Below, one piece after another: positions 1 to 13,249 of a DNA stretch of 64,000 nt. Below the pieces are notes generated by a model. The model was not told where the DNA came from. It worked only from the letters and a program-made list of their open reading frames with translations, and did not search any database. Source of the DNA: Flaccisagitta enflata (taxonomy: Eukaryota); contig OZ231126.1 of the NCBI GenBank assembly GCA_965153355.1, positions 34,410,001-34,474,000 of the forward strand, given 5' to 3'. A program made the translations under genes and the position numbers. Position 1 is the first letter of the stretch; the number at the start of each line of letters is the position of its first letter.

Positions 1-780
1 ATGATGTAGGATGTGATGGTATGGGATGTGATGGTATGGGATGTGTACAGTGAGATATGCTAACGTTGGATAGGATAGCATAAGCTGAGATGGGATTAGC
101 TAGGCAGAAATGAGCGTATAAAACGGGGAATAAAAAAGCATGAACATGCAATTTCAAAATATATGGGAGAGGATAGCACGTAAAGGGGTACGCATAAAAT
201 CTCGTACTTGGCATCAAGGGGGGAAATTTACGGAAATAAGAACTACTTTTGGCAGTGGAAAATCATAAAATCTGATTATTACAATACAATTTAAAACTAT
301 TAACACCCTCTGATGTACTGTGTTATTGCTTTATTGGGAAGAAAATCATAGATTTTGTATCGCGACGCGACGCGACGCGGGGAAGAAAATCAAAGGCAGG
401 GTGGGGGGAGGGTTGGGGAACCAAAAGTGACTCAATTACATACACCCCTGATTGACTGGTCAGTGGTCAGTGGTCCCCCTCCTTTGCACTTTTAATTCAG
501 TGAATGGTGGGTCCACTTAGGAGGAATTTCACCGTATAGAGATCGGATAAAATGGCAAGTTAATGTTGCTGAGAAATAGATAAGGATGTACTCTCCACGT
601 AGGGGAGCATGAGTTCGAAAGAAAAGAAGCAGATGGTAACGGGGATGAAGATGTAAAGGAAATGAAGGAATCTGACACATCCTACGAAGATAAATGGAAA
701 CGCGGAATCTGATGAAAATCGGGGAAGCAGACGACGAAAAGAGATGGAATGAAAAAGAGATTGAGAGAACGAGAGGCACA

Positions 781-1260
<480 letters not shown>

Positions 1261-1785
1261 GGAAAAAACAAGAGGGTTTACATGAAGGTAATGAGGAGAT
1301 AAGGAAGGGAGACAGGGCAAAGAAGAATGAATTTTGAAAAAACCAAAGAGAAGGAGGATTCAAAAGGCCAGACCAGGCCCGAGATCAAGATCAATCGCAT
1401 GCGATTGGGCAGGGGCAATTTTCACTTTATTCAGTTTCAGATCAACATTCAATAAGGGCTATGTGACGCAGGGTCACAATATCGTTTCCAACGGTGGGGG
1501 GGGGACATGCAAGTGCCATCCTCGTGATACAACCCTCATCCATACCCAACCCCACCCCATGCTGACAAACACACACAGACAATCATAACTGCAGCATCAA
1601 AAATGCGCATTTACAAACTTTTTGACTTGATCACAACGGACCAATAGCCTGATGGACGGACGGACGGAAGGACAAGGCCTCTTATGGAGTTGCATGTCCG
1701 TAACTAAAAACCATACGTATTGACTACAAGGTGGAATGTGAAAGTGAAATCCCTGTCGAATTGAACAACTAACTGAACTATTTAT

Positions 1786-1829
<44 letters not shown>

Positions 1830-3808
1830 GTGAACGTAGGCGTTGTAACATTTCCGTAGTTTGCATGGTACTCATACTGGTAGTTCATTTTCCGTGAACA
1901 AATATTTTTCGATGGTGTCGACATCGAGGCCGCACGAGGTCGTTCTTGTTTGTTATTCAAGACAAACGTGAATAGAAGTACAAAACGAATGGAAAAAGCT
2001 TGGGGTTGATTCCGAGCATCCGGGGGCGCCCGAGAAACCCCGACTCTCCACCAGGGTAGAAGTTGCATTGCTTCTGCTGTTGAATTGCATAAGGTCACAA
2101 AGGTTGGGTGACAAACCTAACTATCTGGTGCGCCATACCAAACCAATTTTTGCCACACCAACTGCCCCTATGGGGTCCAAAACAGGGGTAGAAGGGCCTA
2201 TTTTGGCCTGTCCCGATTCTGTCCCTGCAGGCAAAATGCAAGTTTGACTAATCAAATAATGTCAAGCAGGGTCATCCCAAAGCTTGTAAGCAATCACTAT
2301 CAATCCATTGATATGTGTGGAAAGTTTGAACTCAATATTTCAACTGTAAGATGACAAAAAATAGCTTTGAAACATAGTACTCCCCCCTTCATTTTTCAGT
2401 CATTTTTTGCTAAAAATGAGGTAAGTTGATCATTTTTTTTGTTAGCCTATCATCACTCAAATACTAAGCAATTTTTCTTTTTCCATAGCATTGACAACTA
2501 GTTGAAGGACATTCCCTCCAATTTTCAAAGATTTTTTCCATTCCATTGGTGAGAAATCATCATTTCCTTGAAGCGTTACAATTCAGAGGTGCTCCATGTT
2601 GTAGCTGTCACACTTATGTCACACTATGATTCTTACTATGTCACAGCATAGTAATATGCTTAACGCTGAATTTATCTATATGATGTGAAAGAGGTTAAAA
2701 TTCTGTACATACCTCTAAAATTTCAAGTCTTAACTCCAATGTGATTTGTCATAGTGAAATTCCAAAGTTGATCACTACCAAAATAAGGAATGAATTGTAA
2801 GTTTGTAACGCTTGCCGACCAAGTCTCATAGTTAATTCTTTGTTTCCACACAGCACTTCGCACAGAAATGCGCGCATGTTTTGGTGCCTTAATGTAGTAA
2901 ATTTCTTAAAATTCAAATTGGCATATCTCACCAACTAATTGAGCTAGCCCAATGAAATTTTGCATGGTTGATACCCAGATCAAGATGGTCCTTCATCTTA
3001 TTTCTGATGTGACTCAAATAATGTCAAGCAGTCCAACCAGACCAACCAGCCTACCAGATAAAAAAATGAAAAAATGGCATAACTTCCAAAATAATTGTCC
3101 AATCTAGTTGAAATTTTGTATGAAGCTTCCTTTAAAGGTTCCCTGTCACTGGCATCAAAACAAGCTTGGTGGGAAAAATTCTCCTCCAATAGCCCGCCCA
3201 GCCAAAAATGGTGCTTATAGAGACTTTTTAAAAAAACTCAAATTTCTTGAAAAAAATCGCAAAAACATAATCAAAAATGATTGCTTGAATATCATCATCA
3301 AAAATTTTGCTCTCATATTGATTGCCTTGTTGTATCTAGCTAAATATATGAGTAAAAAAATTGATAATAATGTCTTTCTAGGCCTTATTTGTATACAGCC
3401 CTCATAAAAATGTTTTCCTTCCGAGTAGCAGGATTTTTCCCTTGAAGTCTTCCAACATGAAAAATCCAACTCCACTAATGAAAATACACCAAAATTAAAA
3501 AGAAACCCCAATCTTTTACTTTAATTGACTTTCACAGCAGAAAACTATTCTTGCTCAACCAACTGCTTAAAAAAAAGGTAACCCTTATTGAAAATTCTAG
3601 TCACCAGGTGAAAAAAATTCATGATGCCTACAATTGTATATTTGATAGGATCACACTCTGTCCATTTTTTCCCTTTTCTCCTCCTCTCTTTTTTTCTTCT
3701 GTTTCTTTTCTTTTTCTTTTTCTTTTTTTCCCTATTTCTGCTACTTCTGGTATTTCTTCCTCTTCTTCTTCTTCCTCTTCTGCCCCTTCCAAAACCTCAC
3801 TTTACCTC

Positions 3809-3855
<47 letters not shown>

Positions 3856-4194
3856 TCTTCGTCTTTTTCTTTTTCTTCTTTTTCTCCTTCTTTTTCTCCT
3901 TCTTTTTCCTCCTCCTCTTCTTCTTCTTCCTCCTTTCCTACCAAAACCTTCCGACACATATCCCTCTCTTCCGAGTAGCGGCGCTACCCGCTACTCCACT
4001 TTTAAGAGGGCTGTTTGTATACAAAATGAGCTTGAATAAGAAAATCCAAGTATGGATTCATATACAATAATAGGTAACCTACATGATGATGTACAGTTTT
4101 GTTCAATTTTAAAATATTTAAAATTGACGAATTTCACTCTGTCTGCGCTCCCCTAAACGTGACACCAGCCTTGGAGAAAGAAAACATGAAAGGA

Positions 4195-4794
4195 AACAAG
4201 GCCGGATACACGGGCCAAGACGGTGCGCCGAGCGTTATTAATTCATAGCTATCCCGACCTCCATCAGACCTATCCCTAGCTCTATCAGACCATTCCTAGC
4301 TCTTTCAGACCTATCCCGTCTGGCGTTATTAATCCATAGCTATCCCTAACTCCATCAGACCTATCCCTAGCTCCATCAGACCTATCCCTAACTCTATCAG
4401 ACCATTCCTAGCTCTATAAGACCTATCCCGAGCTCTCTCAGGCCTCTCCCGAGCTCTATCAGACCTTTCCCGAACTCTATCAGACTTATCTCGAGCTCTA
4501 TCAGACCTATCATCAGCTCTATCAGACCTATTCCCAGCTCTATCAGACCCATCTCCAGCTCTATCAAACCTATCCGACCTATCACCAGACCTATCCAACC
4601 TATCCCCAGCTCTATAAGACCTAACCGTAGCTGATTATATTAGTGAATGAAATGACGAGTATCATTTATGATGAACAAAATGAGTTTTCTATTGATTTCA
4701 AACATTTTTAGCGATTTTTCAATCGAGCGTGACCAACGGATGGACGGACGGACGGACAGAGCATCTTATAGAGATGCTATGGCGCATCTAAAAA
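4195..4794 (-). mobile_element. HINE/DINE-1-like non-autonomous element carrying a 21-bp minisatellite (CCTATCCCTAGCTCTATCAGA)
   Basis: Starts AACAAGGCCGGATACACGG (shared 3' stem-loop end on minus), has a (GACG)n tract, ends in hairpin GATGCtatgGCGCATCTAAAAA; related copy at ~6125-6468. Confidence 0.6.
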
Positions 4795-4927
4795 TCATCC
4801 TAGCATATTTCTGAATCATTTCCAGTGATTTGTGCTTCTTTTCGACATTTTCAACTCGAGCGTTACCGACCGACCAACCAACCGACCAACCGACCGACAG
4901 ACAGAGCCTCTCATAGAGTTGCTATGG

Positions 4928-5343
<416 letters not shown>

Positions 5344-5362
5344 TAGCAGCCCAAGGCAGTAA

Positions 5363-6062
5363 GTGGTCAGCGGTACCTGCCCTGCTTGAGTAGTGTGTGA
5401 TTTAAGTTGAGGGAGAGGCAGCGGCCCCGAGGGCGAAGTCCTGAACACAGGGGGAATCTGTCCCTCCATCCGTCTGTCCGTCCGTCCGTCCGTCCGTCCG
5501 TCCGTCCGTCCGTCCGTCCGTCCGTCCGTCCGTCCGTCCGTCCGTCCGTTCGTCCATCCGTTCGTCCCCCTCCACCCCATCCTCAGGGCTTCGTCTCCTT
5601 TGGAACCTATTCTGACCCAAATAATGCCAAATAACCCAAATCCAAGCAATATGGTCAAAATCTAAGCAAAATGGCCCAAATCCAAGCATAATGGCCCAAA
5701 TCCAAGCAAAATGGTCCAAATCTGGTCAGAATCTAGGTATCGGAGGACACTGTATAGATCTAAGGGGCCAAAATGATGTACTCCGGGCCAGATTTGGGCC
5801 ATTTTGCTTGGATTTGGGCCATTTTGCTTGGATTTGGGCCATTATACTTGGATTTGGGCCATTTTGCTTAGATTTTGGCCATATTGCTTGGATTTGGGCT
5901 ATTTGGCATTATTTGGGTCAGAATAGGCCCCAAAGGAGACGAAGCCCAGAGGATGGGGCGGGGGGATGGACGTACGGACGGACGGACGTACATATGTACG
6001 GACGGACAGATTCCCCCTGTGTTCTACAGGACTTCGTCCCCTTTGGGGCCGCTGCCCAAAAA
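5363..6062. mobile_element. Fold-back non-autonomous element (GGGCAGCGGCCCC family) with inverted 21-bp minisatellite core
   Basis: ~50-bp inverted repeats at ~5417 and ~6005-6057; (GTCC)n; GGCCCAAATCCAAGCAAAAT units, then the same units inverted. Confidence 0.7.
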
Positions 6063-6482
6063 AGAAAGGAAGAGAAAAAAATTTTGGAAAGTAAGAAAGA
6101 AACCTCTTATAGACGGGATAAGAGAACTGGATACGCGGGCCAAGACGATGAGCCGGCGTTGTTACTTCTTAGGCCTATCCCTAGCTCTATCCCAAGCTCT
6201 ATTTACCTAACCGTAGAGACATATGATATGAATTGACAAGTAACATGAATTCCTATCCCGAGCTCTGTCAGACCTATTCCGAGCTCTACTAGAGTATCAG
6301 ACCTAACTGCATGAAATGATAATTGATAATTGATAATGTATGAAATGACGAGTAACATGAATGATAATCAAAATGAATTCTCATGTGATGTTAAACATTT
6401 TGTGCGGTTATTCACTTGAGACAGACAGACAGAGCCTCTTATAGAGGTGCTATGGTGCACCTAAAAAAGTTAGAAAGAAAGA

Positions 6483-6566
<84 letters not shown>

Positions 6567-6582
6567 AAAAAAGAAAGAACGA

Positions 6583-6653
<71 letters not shown>

Positions 6654-6694
6654 TAAGAAAGAAAGAAAGAAAGAATAGTCGCAAAAGCGTTAGA

Positions 6695-7362
6695 TGGTCA
6701 GCGGTACCCGTTGCCCCTGTGTTTGTGTATGTGAGTGTAATGATGAGAGGGGCAGCGGCCCCGAAGGGGCCGATGACCTATGCTCAGTAAGTTTGGTTGC
6801 TTGAGGCTGGAATTTAAGCCTCGCTGCAAGGATTTGAGCCTTAAAGCTGGGATTTGAGCCTCAAAGCTAGGATTTGAGCCTCAAGATTGGTATTTGAGCC
6901 TCAAGGTTAGGATTTGAGCTTTTAGTCTGGGATTTGAGCCTCAAGGTTGGGATTTGAGCTTTGAGTCTGGGATTTGAGCCTCAAAGCTGGGATTTGAGCC
7001 TCAAAGCTGGGATTTGAGTCTCATGAGTGGGATTTAAATCTCAAGGCTGGGATTTGAGCCTCAAGGCTGGGATTAGAGCCTCAAGGCTGGGATTTGAGCT
7101 TCAAGGCTGGGATTTGAGCTTCAAGGTTGGTATTTGAGCCACAAGGCTGGAATTTGAGCCTCAATACTGGAATTTGAGCCTTGAGGCTGGAGTATGAGCC
7201 CCAAGGCTGGAATTTGAGCCTTGAGGCTGGTATTTGAGCCTCAAGGCTGGGGTTTGAGCCTCGGAAGGGGGGGGACGGACGGAGAAGAAGGAGAAGGAGG
7301 AGAAATTTGTCCTATGCGTGAAAGCATAGGTCATCGGCCCCTTCGGGGCCGCTGCCCAAAAA
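6695..7362. mobile_element. GGGCAGCGGCCCC-family element with 20-bp minisatellite (GGCTGGGATTTGAGCCTCAA)n
   Basis: Perfect ~35-bp inverted repeat GGGCAGCGGCCCCGAAGGGGCCGATGACCTATGCT at ~6751 and ~7323-7357; near-identical layout at 25553-26080. Confidence 0.75.
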
Positions 7363-7455
7363 CCGAATAAATTAAATGAACGGAGAAATGTATGAAGGTG
7401 TGCATGGATGGATGAATGACGATGAGGGACGATGACTGCACATTGGACATAGTGC

Positions 7456-7557
<102 letters not shown>

Positions 7558-7805
7558 GGGAAAGAAAAAAAACTGGCTGAGAAGTGCAGATAAGAGAAAA
7601 TGGGGCAAAAAGTCAGGATGCAAAAAAGAGCGAGGTGAATTTGATGCTGGCGAAAGCTTCTGTCATGTTGGGTGACAAAAACGTCAATTCTGGAGCATCC
7701 AGGATTGTCGCGCCTTTGCCTTCACTTTTTCCCTCGCTTCTTTACGTCATTCTCACTTTGCCCTTGCCTCTCCATTTCACTACCACTTTGCCTTGGCCCC
7801 TTTCC

Positions 7806-7959
7806 TTTTTTAGTTGCGGACACGCAAGTCTATAAGAGGCTTTGTCCGTCCGTTGGTCGGTTGGTTGGTCCGTCACGCTCGAGTTGAAAAGAGGGAAAAA
7901 CGCGCATTTCCGCCCCTGCCCACCCGTCCGCAGCTGGTGGCCGTGTATCCGGCCTTGTT
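7806..7959 (+). mobile_element. Short HINE/DINE-1-like element (family A)
   Basis: TTTTTAGTTGCGGACACGCAA 5' hairpin, (GTCC/GTTG)n, 3' end GCCGTGTATCCGGCCTTGTT; further full or partial copies at ~24487, 29815, 30430, 35395, 49577, 50016, 57781 and on minus at ~24699, 46293, 51917, 59320. Confidence 0.7.
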
Positions 7960-9392
7960 TCATTTCGGTTTGCTTTTGTAAACCTCCTCACTTCACCTTC
8001 TCTTTACCTATGACTCTCTACTTCACCTCTATTTTGTCCTTACCTTCGGTATGATTCTTCTCCTCTCAGCTTCTCGCAGTCTCCATCGAAACAGCTTTTT
8101 CCCGCGTGGCAACTTAGCCTGTGCCTATCCTTCAGCTTTTGTAAAAAGTTGCGGCGCCAGGCTCAGTACGCTGAGTCAAACTTGGTTATTTTCGTCTCAC
8201 CACCATGATCAAAAGCTCATTATGTATATCTCCGTGAATATATCTCACAGCACTAAGCTGAATATAGTGAGTTAACTAAACCCTCTGTCGCAGAGCTTCC
8301 TCAAAAAGAAGGAAAACAGTAATAACTATTTCTAACATCTTTTTTTAATTTTTTTAGCATTTTTTTTTAAATCTCATTCATTTCTTTTTCAATTTTATTG
8401 TTTTTTTGTTGTTGTAATTACATTTTATAACCATTTTTTTCTATTTAAACTTCTGGTCTCATCAGATCATTGTTCATAAGTTGGAGCTATTTGTTTACAT
8501 TTCTTTGAAAAAAAAAAACAAAATCAATACTCGGCTCTTGTTGTATGGGACCGAGTTGCCAAGGGGATATTGCAAGGAAGATGTACTTTCTGGAGCAACA
8601 GGTCGGATTGCAGTCCGACTCTTCACAAATGCAAGCCCCAAGGCTCAAATACAGTTAAACCCTGCTCTAACAGACCCGCCACCAATGAAATTCGATATTT
8701 ATAAGCATTTGGTTTTTCCAACACCCAATACCCAATACTTTCCAAGTAAAACTCACTGTTTTAACTCTAGAAACAACTTATTCAATTTAAAGTATGCAAA
8801 AAATTCAGAAAAAATTTAGAATGTGCTGACCGACTGACTGACAGAGCAAGATGAACAGTCACGTGCACGCGACTAAGAATGCTGGTCCCTTGAGATCTGT
8901 CAGAGTAGGATTCAAATCAACTGTGCAAGCATTGAGACTTAAATCCTGGCCTCAGGGTTCAAATTCCAGCCTAGAGGCTGAAATCCCTGGTCTGCCTCAA
9001 GACTCAAATTCCAGTCTCGAGACTCAAACTCCAGTCTCGAAACTCAAACTCCAGTCTCAAACTTAAATTTCAGCCCCGACACTCAAATTCAAGCCTCGAG
9101 GCTCACATCTCAGCCTCAAGGCTCACTTCCTTGCCTCAAGGCTCAGACCACCACCTTGAGGCACGAATCCCCACTTTGAGGCTCAAATCCAAACCTCAAG
9201 GCTCTAGCACTCACCCTGAGGCACAAATACCCATCTCAAGGTTCAAGTCAAGGCTCAAATTCTCAAGATGAGGTTCAAATTCCTGCCTCAAGGTTCAAAT
9301 CCTTGCCTCAAGGCTCTAATTTCAGCCTCGAGACTCAGTTCCTTGCTATGAGGCTCAAATCTCTGCTCAACAGGTCGCCCACAGGCAATATG

Positions 9393-9897
9393 TGGTCAGC
9401 GATACCCGTTGCCCTGCTTTGCATGGTTGAAAATTGGAATGAGACGCAGGGCAGCGCCTCCGAAGGGGACAAAGTCCTGTAGAACAAAGGGGACTTTCGT
9501 TTGTTTGTTCTTCCATCCGTCCGTCCGTCCGCTTCCCCAGGCCCTCTCAGGCCTGAAATTTGACCTCTCAGGCCTGAAACTGCCCTCTCAGGCCTGAAAT
9601 CTACCCTCTCAGGCCTTGAATCTGAGAGGGTAGATTTCAGGCCTGAGAGGGCAGATTAAAGGCCTGTGAGGACAGGATTTAGGTCTGAAGGGCCAAATAT
9701 CAGGCCTAAGAGGGAAGATTCAAGGCCTGAGAGGGCAGATTTCAGGTCTGAAAGGCCATCTTAGGCCTGCAAGGTCAAAACTCAGGCCTGAGAGGGCTTG
9801 GGGGGATGAATGAACAAACGGACGGACGGACGAACGAATGAGCCAAAGTCCCCTGTTTTCTACACAACTTCGTCCCCTTTGGAGCCACTGCCCAAAA
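9393..9897. mobile_element. GGGCAGC-family fold-back element with 21-bp core (TCAGGCCTGAAATCTGCCCTC)
   Basis: Same termini as 5363-6062; direct then inverted 21-bp arrays; second copy in opposite orientation at ~10350-10880. Confidence 0.7.
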
Positions 9898-12338
9898 CCC
9901 AGCCACAAGACTTTAATCTAATCTCGAGGCTCAAATCCCACCTTCAAAGCTCTGATTCTACCTTAGATGCTTCAGCCCAAGCCTCCATGCTCAAATTCAA
10001 GCCAATTAGGGCCACTACCCCTTTCACTACCAATTACTATATCAGGGGGCGTTTCTACTTCTGGTCACAGGTCAAAGAGTTTTTTTAAGGGCCACAGATC
10101 TCTACTCATTTCAGTCTGTCCATCCGTCTGTCAGTCCGTCGGCCCATCTGTCACTGGTTCTTAGTCACTGGTTAAGCAACTCCATAGCAGGCTCTGAAGA
10201 TCCATAACACAAAATTCTGAGCGACGCAAATCCGCTGAAATTCTGATTTGTGAGCATTACGGTCCCTGCTTAGGCAAATTACAGCCCCGCCCGCCTACAA
10301 ACTGCCCCTGCCCGCTCGATTCCTGCCCCTACCCACCGCCAGCAACTAATTTTTGGGGCAGCGGCCCCAAAGGGGACAAAGTCCTGTTGAACACAGGGGG
10401 ACTTTTGTCCGTTAGTTTGTTTGTTTGTCGATCCATCCGTCCATCCGATTGTCCCCCACATGCCCTCTCAGGCCTGAAATCTGTCCTCTCAGGCTTGAAA
10501 TCTACCCTCTCAGGCCTGAAATCTGCCCTCTCAGGCCTTGAATCTGCCCTCTCAGGCCTGAAATCTGGCCTCTCAGGCCTGAAATCTGCCCTCTTGGGCC
10601 TTGAATCTGCCCTCTTGAACCTCAAATCTGCCCTCCTAGATTCAAGGCCTGAGAGGGTAGATTTAAGGCCTGAGAGGGCAGATTTTAGGCCTGACAGGGC
10701 AGATTTCTGCCCTGGTAGGGCCTGGGGGGACGGGCGGATGGACGGATGGACAAACGAACAGACAAACGAAAGTCTCCCTGTGTTCTATAGGACTTCGTCC
10801 CCTTTGGAGCCGCTGCCCTGTTTCCTCTCACTCCAATTAACAATCATGCAAAGCAGGGCAATGGGTATCGCTGACCACATGTTGTATCCAGCCTTGTTTA
10901 ATTGCGAGCGGTTTTTGCATTACTGCTCCTGCCCAACTGTCCGCAACTGGATTGCCGTGTATCTGGCTTTGTTGTTCTTGTTTTTGCAGTGAATGAATTC
11001 TTTGAATTCAAATTTTCGGTTAATACGGAGTTTCATGTTTCAACAAAGACCCAATACCAAAGTAGCGTGTGGGTGAGCAGGGACAGTCATGAATAAGCTA
11101 ACCCAAGCATTTGGGCAAGAGCTTATTGCAAGAACCACCCGTAAACGCCAAAAAAGCTAACAGTGATGGACTGACCAACAGATATAGCGGGTTAAAGGTT
11201 GTATGCCGCTAAAAACATACAGGATATAAGTATGCGAAATACATTTAAAAATCCGGATACATGGCTAAGTTACATGTGGGTGGGCGGGGGCAGTCAATTT
11301 AACGGTTAAAAAAGCATTCGGGCAGCAGAAGTAATGCACCCGTGAACCACCCGTGAAAGCCAAAAAAAAAAACAGAGATACAGACCAACTAACCAATGGA
11401 TGGACTGACAAACACCAAGGGGCACGACCGGTTACAGAGTTGTGTGCAACCAAAAAAAAAATATGGAAGTGATATACTAAATAAGTCTGTCACCAACGCG
11501 GCACAAGTGTCAAATAGTTGTAAGAATGAGAAAACTCAGGCGTAAGAGAAGCATTGCATATCTCACTGCACTGGTTTCTCCGCGACAGAGGGTTCCGTCA
11601 TGCCGAGGCTGCAATATTTGTAAATTCAACTCAGTATGCCATGTCTTACCGACCGAGCATCTGATACATGACAGAATCCAAGAATTTAGATCGCCGAATC
11701 AACGTAAGGCTCAGGCTTAATCGATCTTAAAGCTTAATAGTAATATCATTACTCTTAACAAAGACTTGATGCATGATGATACCTGCAGCTTTAATTAGTT
11801 GAGAAGTTGCATGTAGGAAATGATTTTTGATATGATCAATCCTCCGACATTATCTAGGTTATAGTTTAACGAAGCTCATCTGTCAAAAGCTCGTCAGAGA
11901 CATCTCCCTTCAAACTGCCCATTTCCTCATTGCCATCTCCATAAACCCTCATAGTCTACCGAAATTCTCTTTTTTTGTCCTCACGCCTCGACGAAACAAC
12001 CAAACGTTAATCTTTGACATGTATATTATCATCTCCGTTGTCTGCATCTTCCTCACGTTTTGTTTCCTTGTAATATTCGGCGTTCACCTCTGGGACGGGC
12101 ATGTGTACATTGAGCGTAAAATCTTCATCTGAGAAAATCGACCACTCAATATCATCATCTATCCACGATTCAGCGGTGAAGTTCTCTGAAGTTTTTGTAA
12201 GACGTACATGTAATGTTAATCAATCATCACTGATCAATCCAGGAAAGAATGAAAAAATACATAATTTGTGACCAATTTGGCACCTGTTGATATAGCCGTT
12301 TAAAAAAGAGCCATAATTCCAATTAACATGAAATTAAC

Positions 12339-13234
12339 TATAATTTACGCCCACGAGTTTCAACTGGCACTGTCTATGAGCGTCTATCTGACTGACGACT
12401 TGTGGTGAAAGAAAGTTGGCCGATTGGAAAATAGGAAGGCGATCGTCTTGTTTATTCCATAAAAATTTCAACAACTGAAGAGAGGGGGAAAAATGAAAGG
12501 GAAAGTGGGCGTTAATTGTGATCAGCAAACGCAAAAGATAACATGAAATCGAGATAGGACACAATAAAGGACAGAAACAGCACATGACAACATGTTCATC
12601 TTCTTCAGAGCCCATGCCACCTGATAATACCTGCCCCTGCCCCGGCCCATCCCATTAAATTCATCCATATCATCCCTATAGCAAGCTGATCGGGCAAGCG
12701 ATAAAAACCATACTAAAATCCGGCGATAAAAATGCAAAAGGGCAAAAGACAAAATAACAGACCGGAGGACAAAAATAAAAAACAATGATAATAAAAGCAA
12801 ACACGCGTCTATAAAACTTACTTTTAGCCCACTGCTGGTTTCAACCCACAGTCTGTCGAAGTCAAATTAACGCAATGTCCGCTCATTAGTTTATCTGCAA
12901 TAAAGATGAGAGATTATTGAAATTAGTGAATTCCAAGCATTCAACGATCACGAAAAATCAATCAATCACTTTAAGAAGCAATGCCGCAAATAAATAAAAT
13001 CAATCAATCCAAAAAATTGGATGATACGAAAGACGAGATACGTATGTTCGCCTACGTAATAAAAACAAATGGCACAAAATACAAGGCGCAACCATATGGT
13101 TACCCATCTAGCGTTCAATATAAAAAATGGCGAGAAACAAAAGACGCGGCATTGAATAATCGAAGAAGAGAAAAAGCCAAAAGCACGCAAAAGAGACAAA
13201 AGCACACATACCGGACGGACATACATTTCTAACA
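12339..13234 (-). repeat. 3' LTR (896 bp), TGTTAG...AATTATA on minus
   Basis: Matches 22571-23483 apart from a few substitutions and small indels; adjacent to PPT and TSD. Confidence 0.95.
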
Positions 13235-13249
13235 TTCTGCCCCATTTTT
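13235..13249 (-). promoter_or_regulatory. Polypurine tract AAAAATGGGGCAGAA
   Basis: Purine-rich run immediately 5' of the TG of the 3' LTR on minus. Confidence 0.8.

Noticed and set aside
2100-4172. AT-rich block resembling a non-autonomous DNA transposon
   Set aside because: Terminal similarity (AAGGTTGGGTGAC vs AAGGCTGGTGTCAC) too weak and no TSD found
6800-7262. Regular 20-bp repeats resembling a CRISPR array
   Set aside because: Head-to-tail units without unique spacers, eukaryotic context, no cas genes
10329-10992. Heptad-repeat ORFs (LKSALSG / RPERADF)
   Set aside because: Translation of a 21-bp minisatellite inside a repeated element
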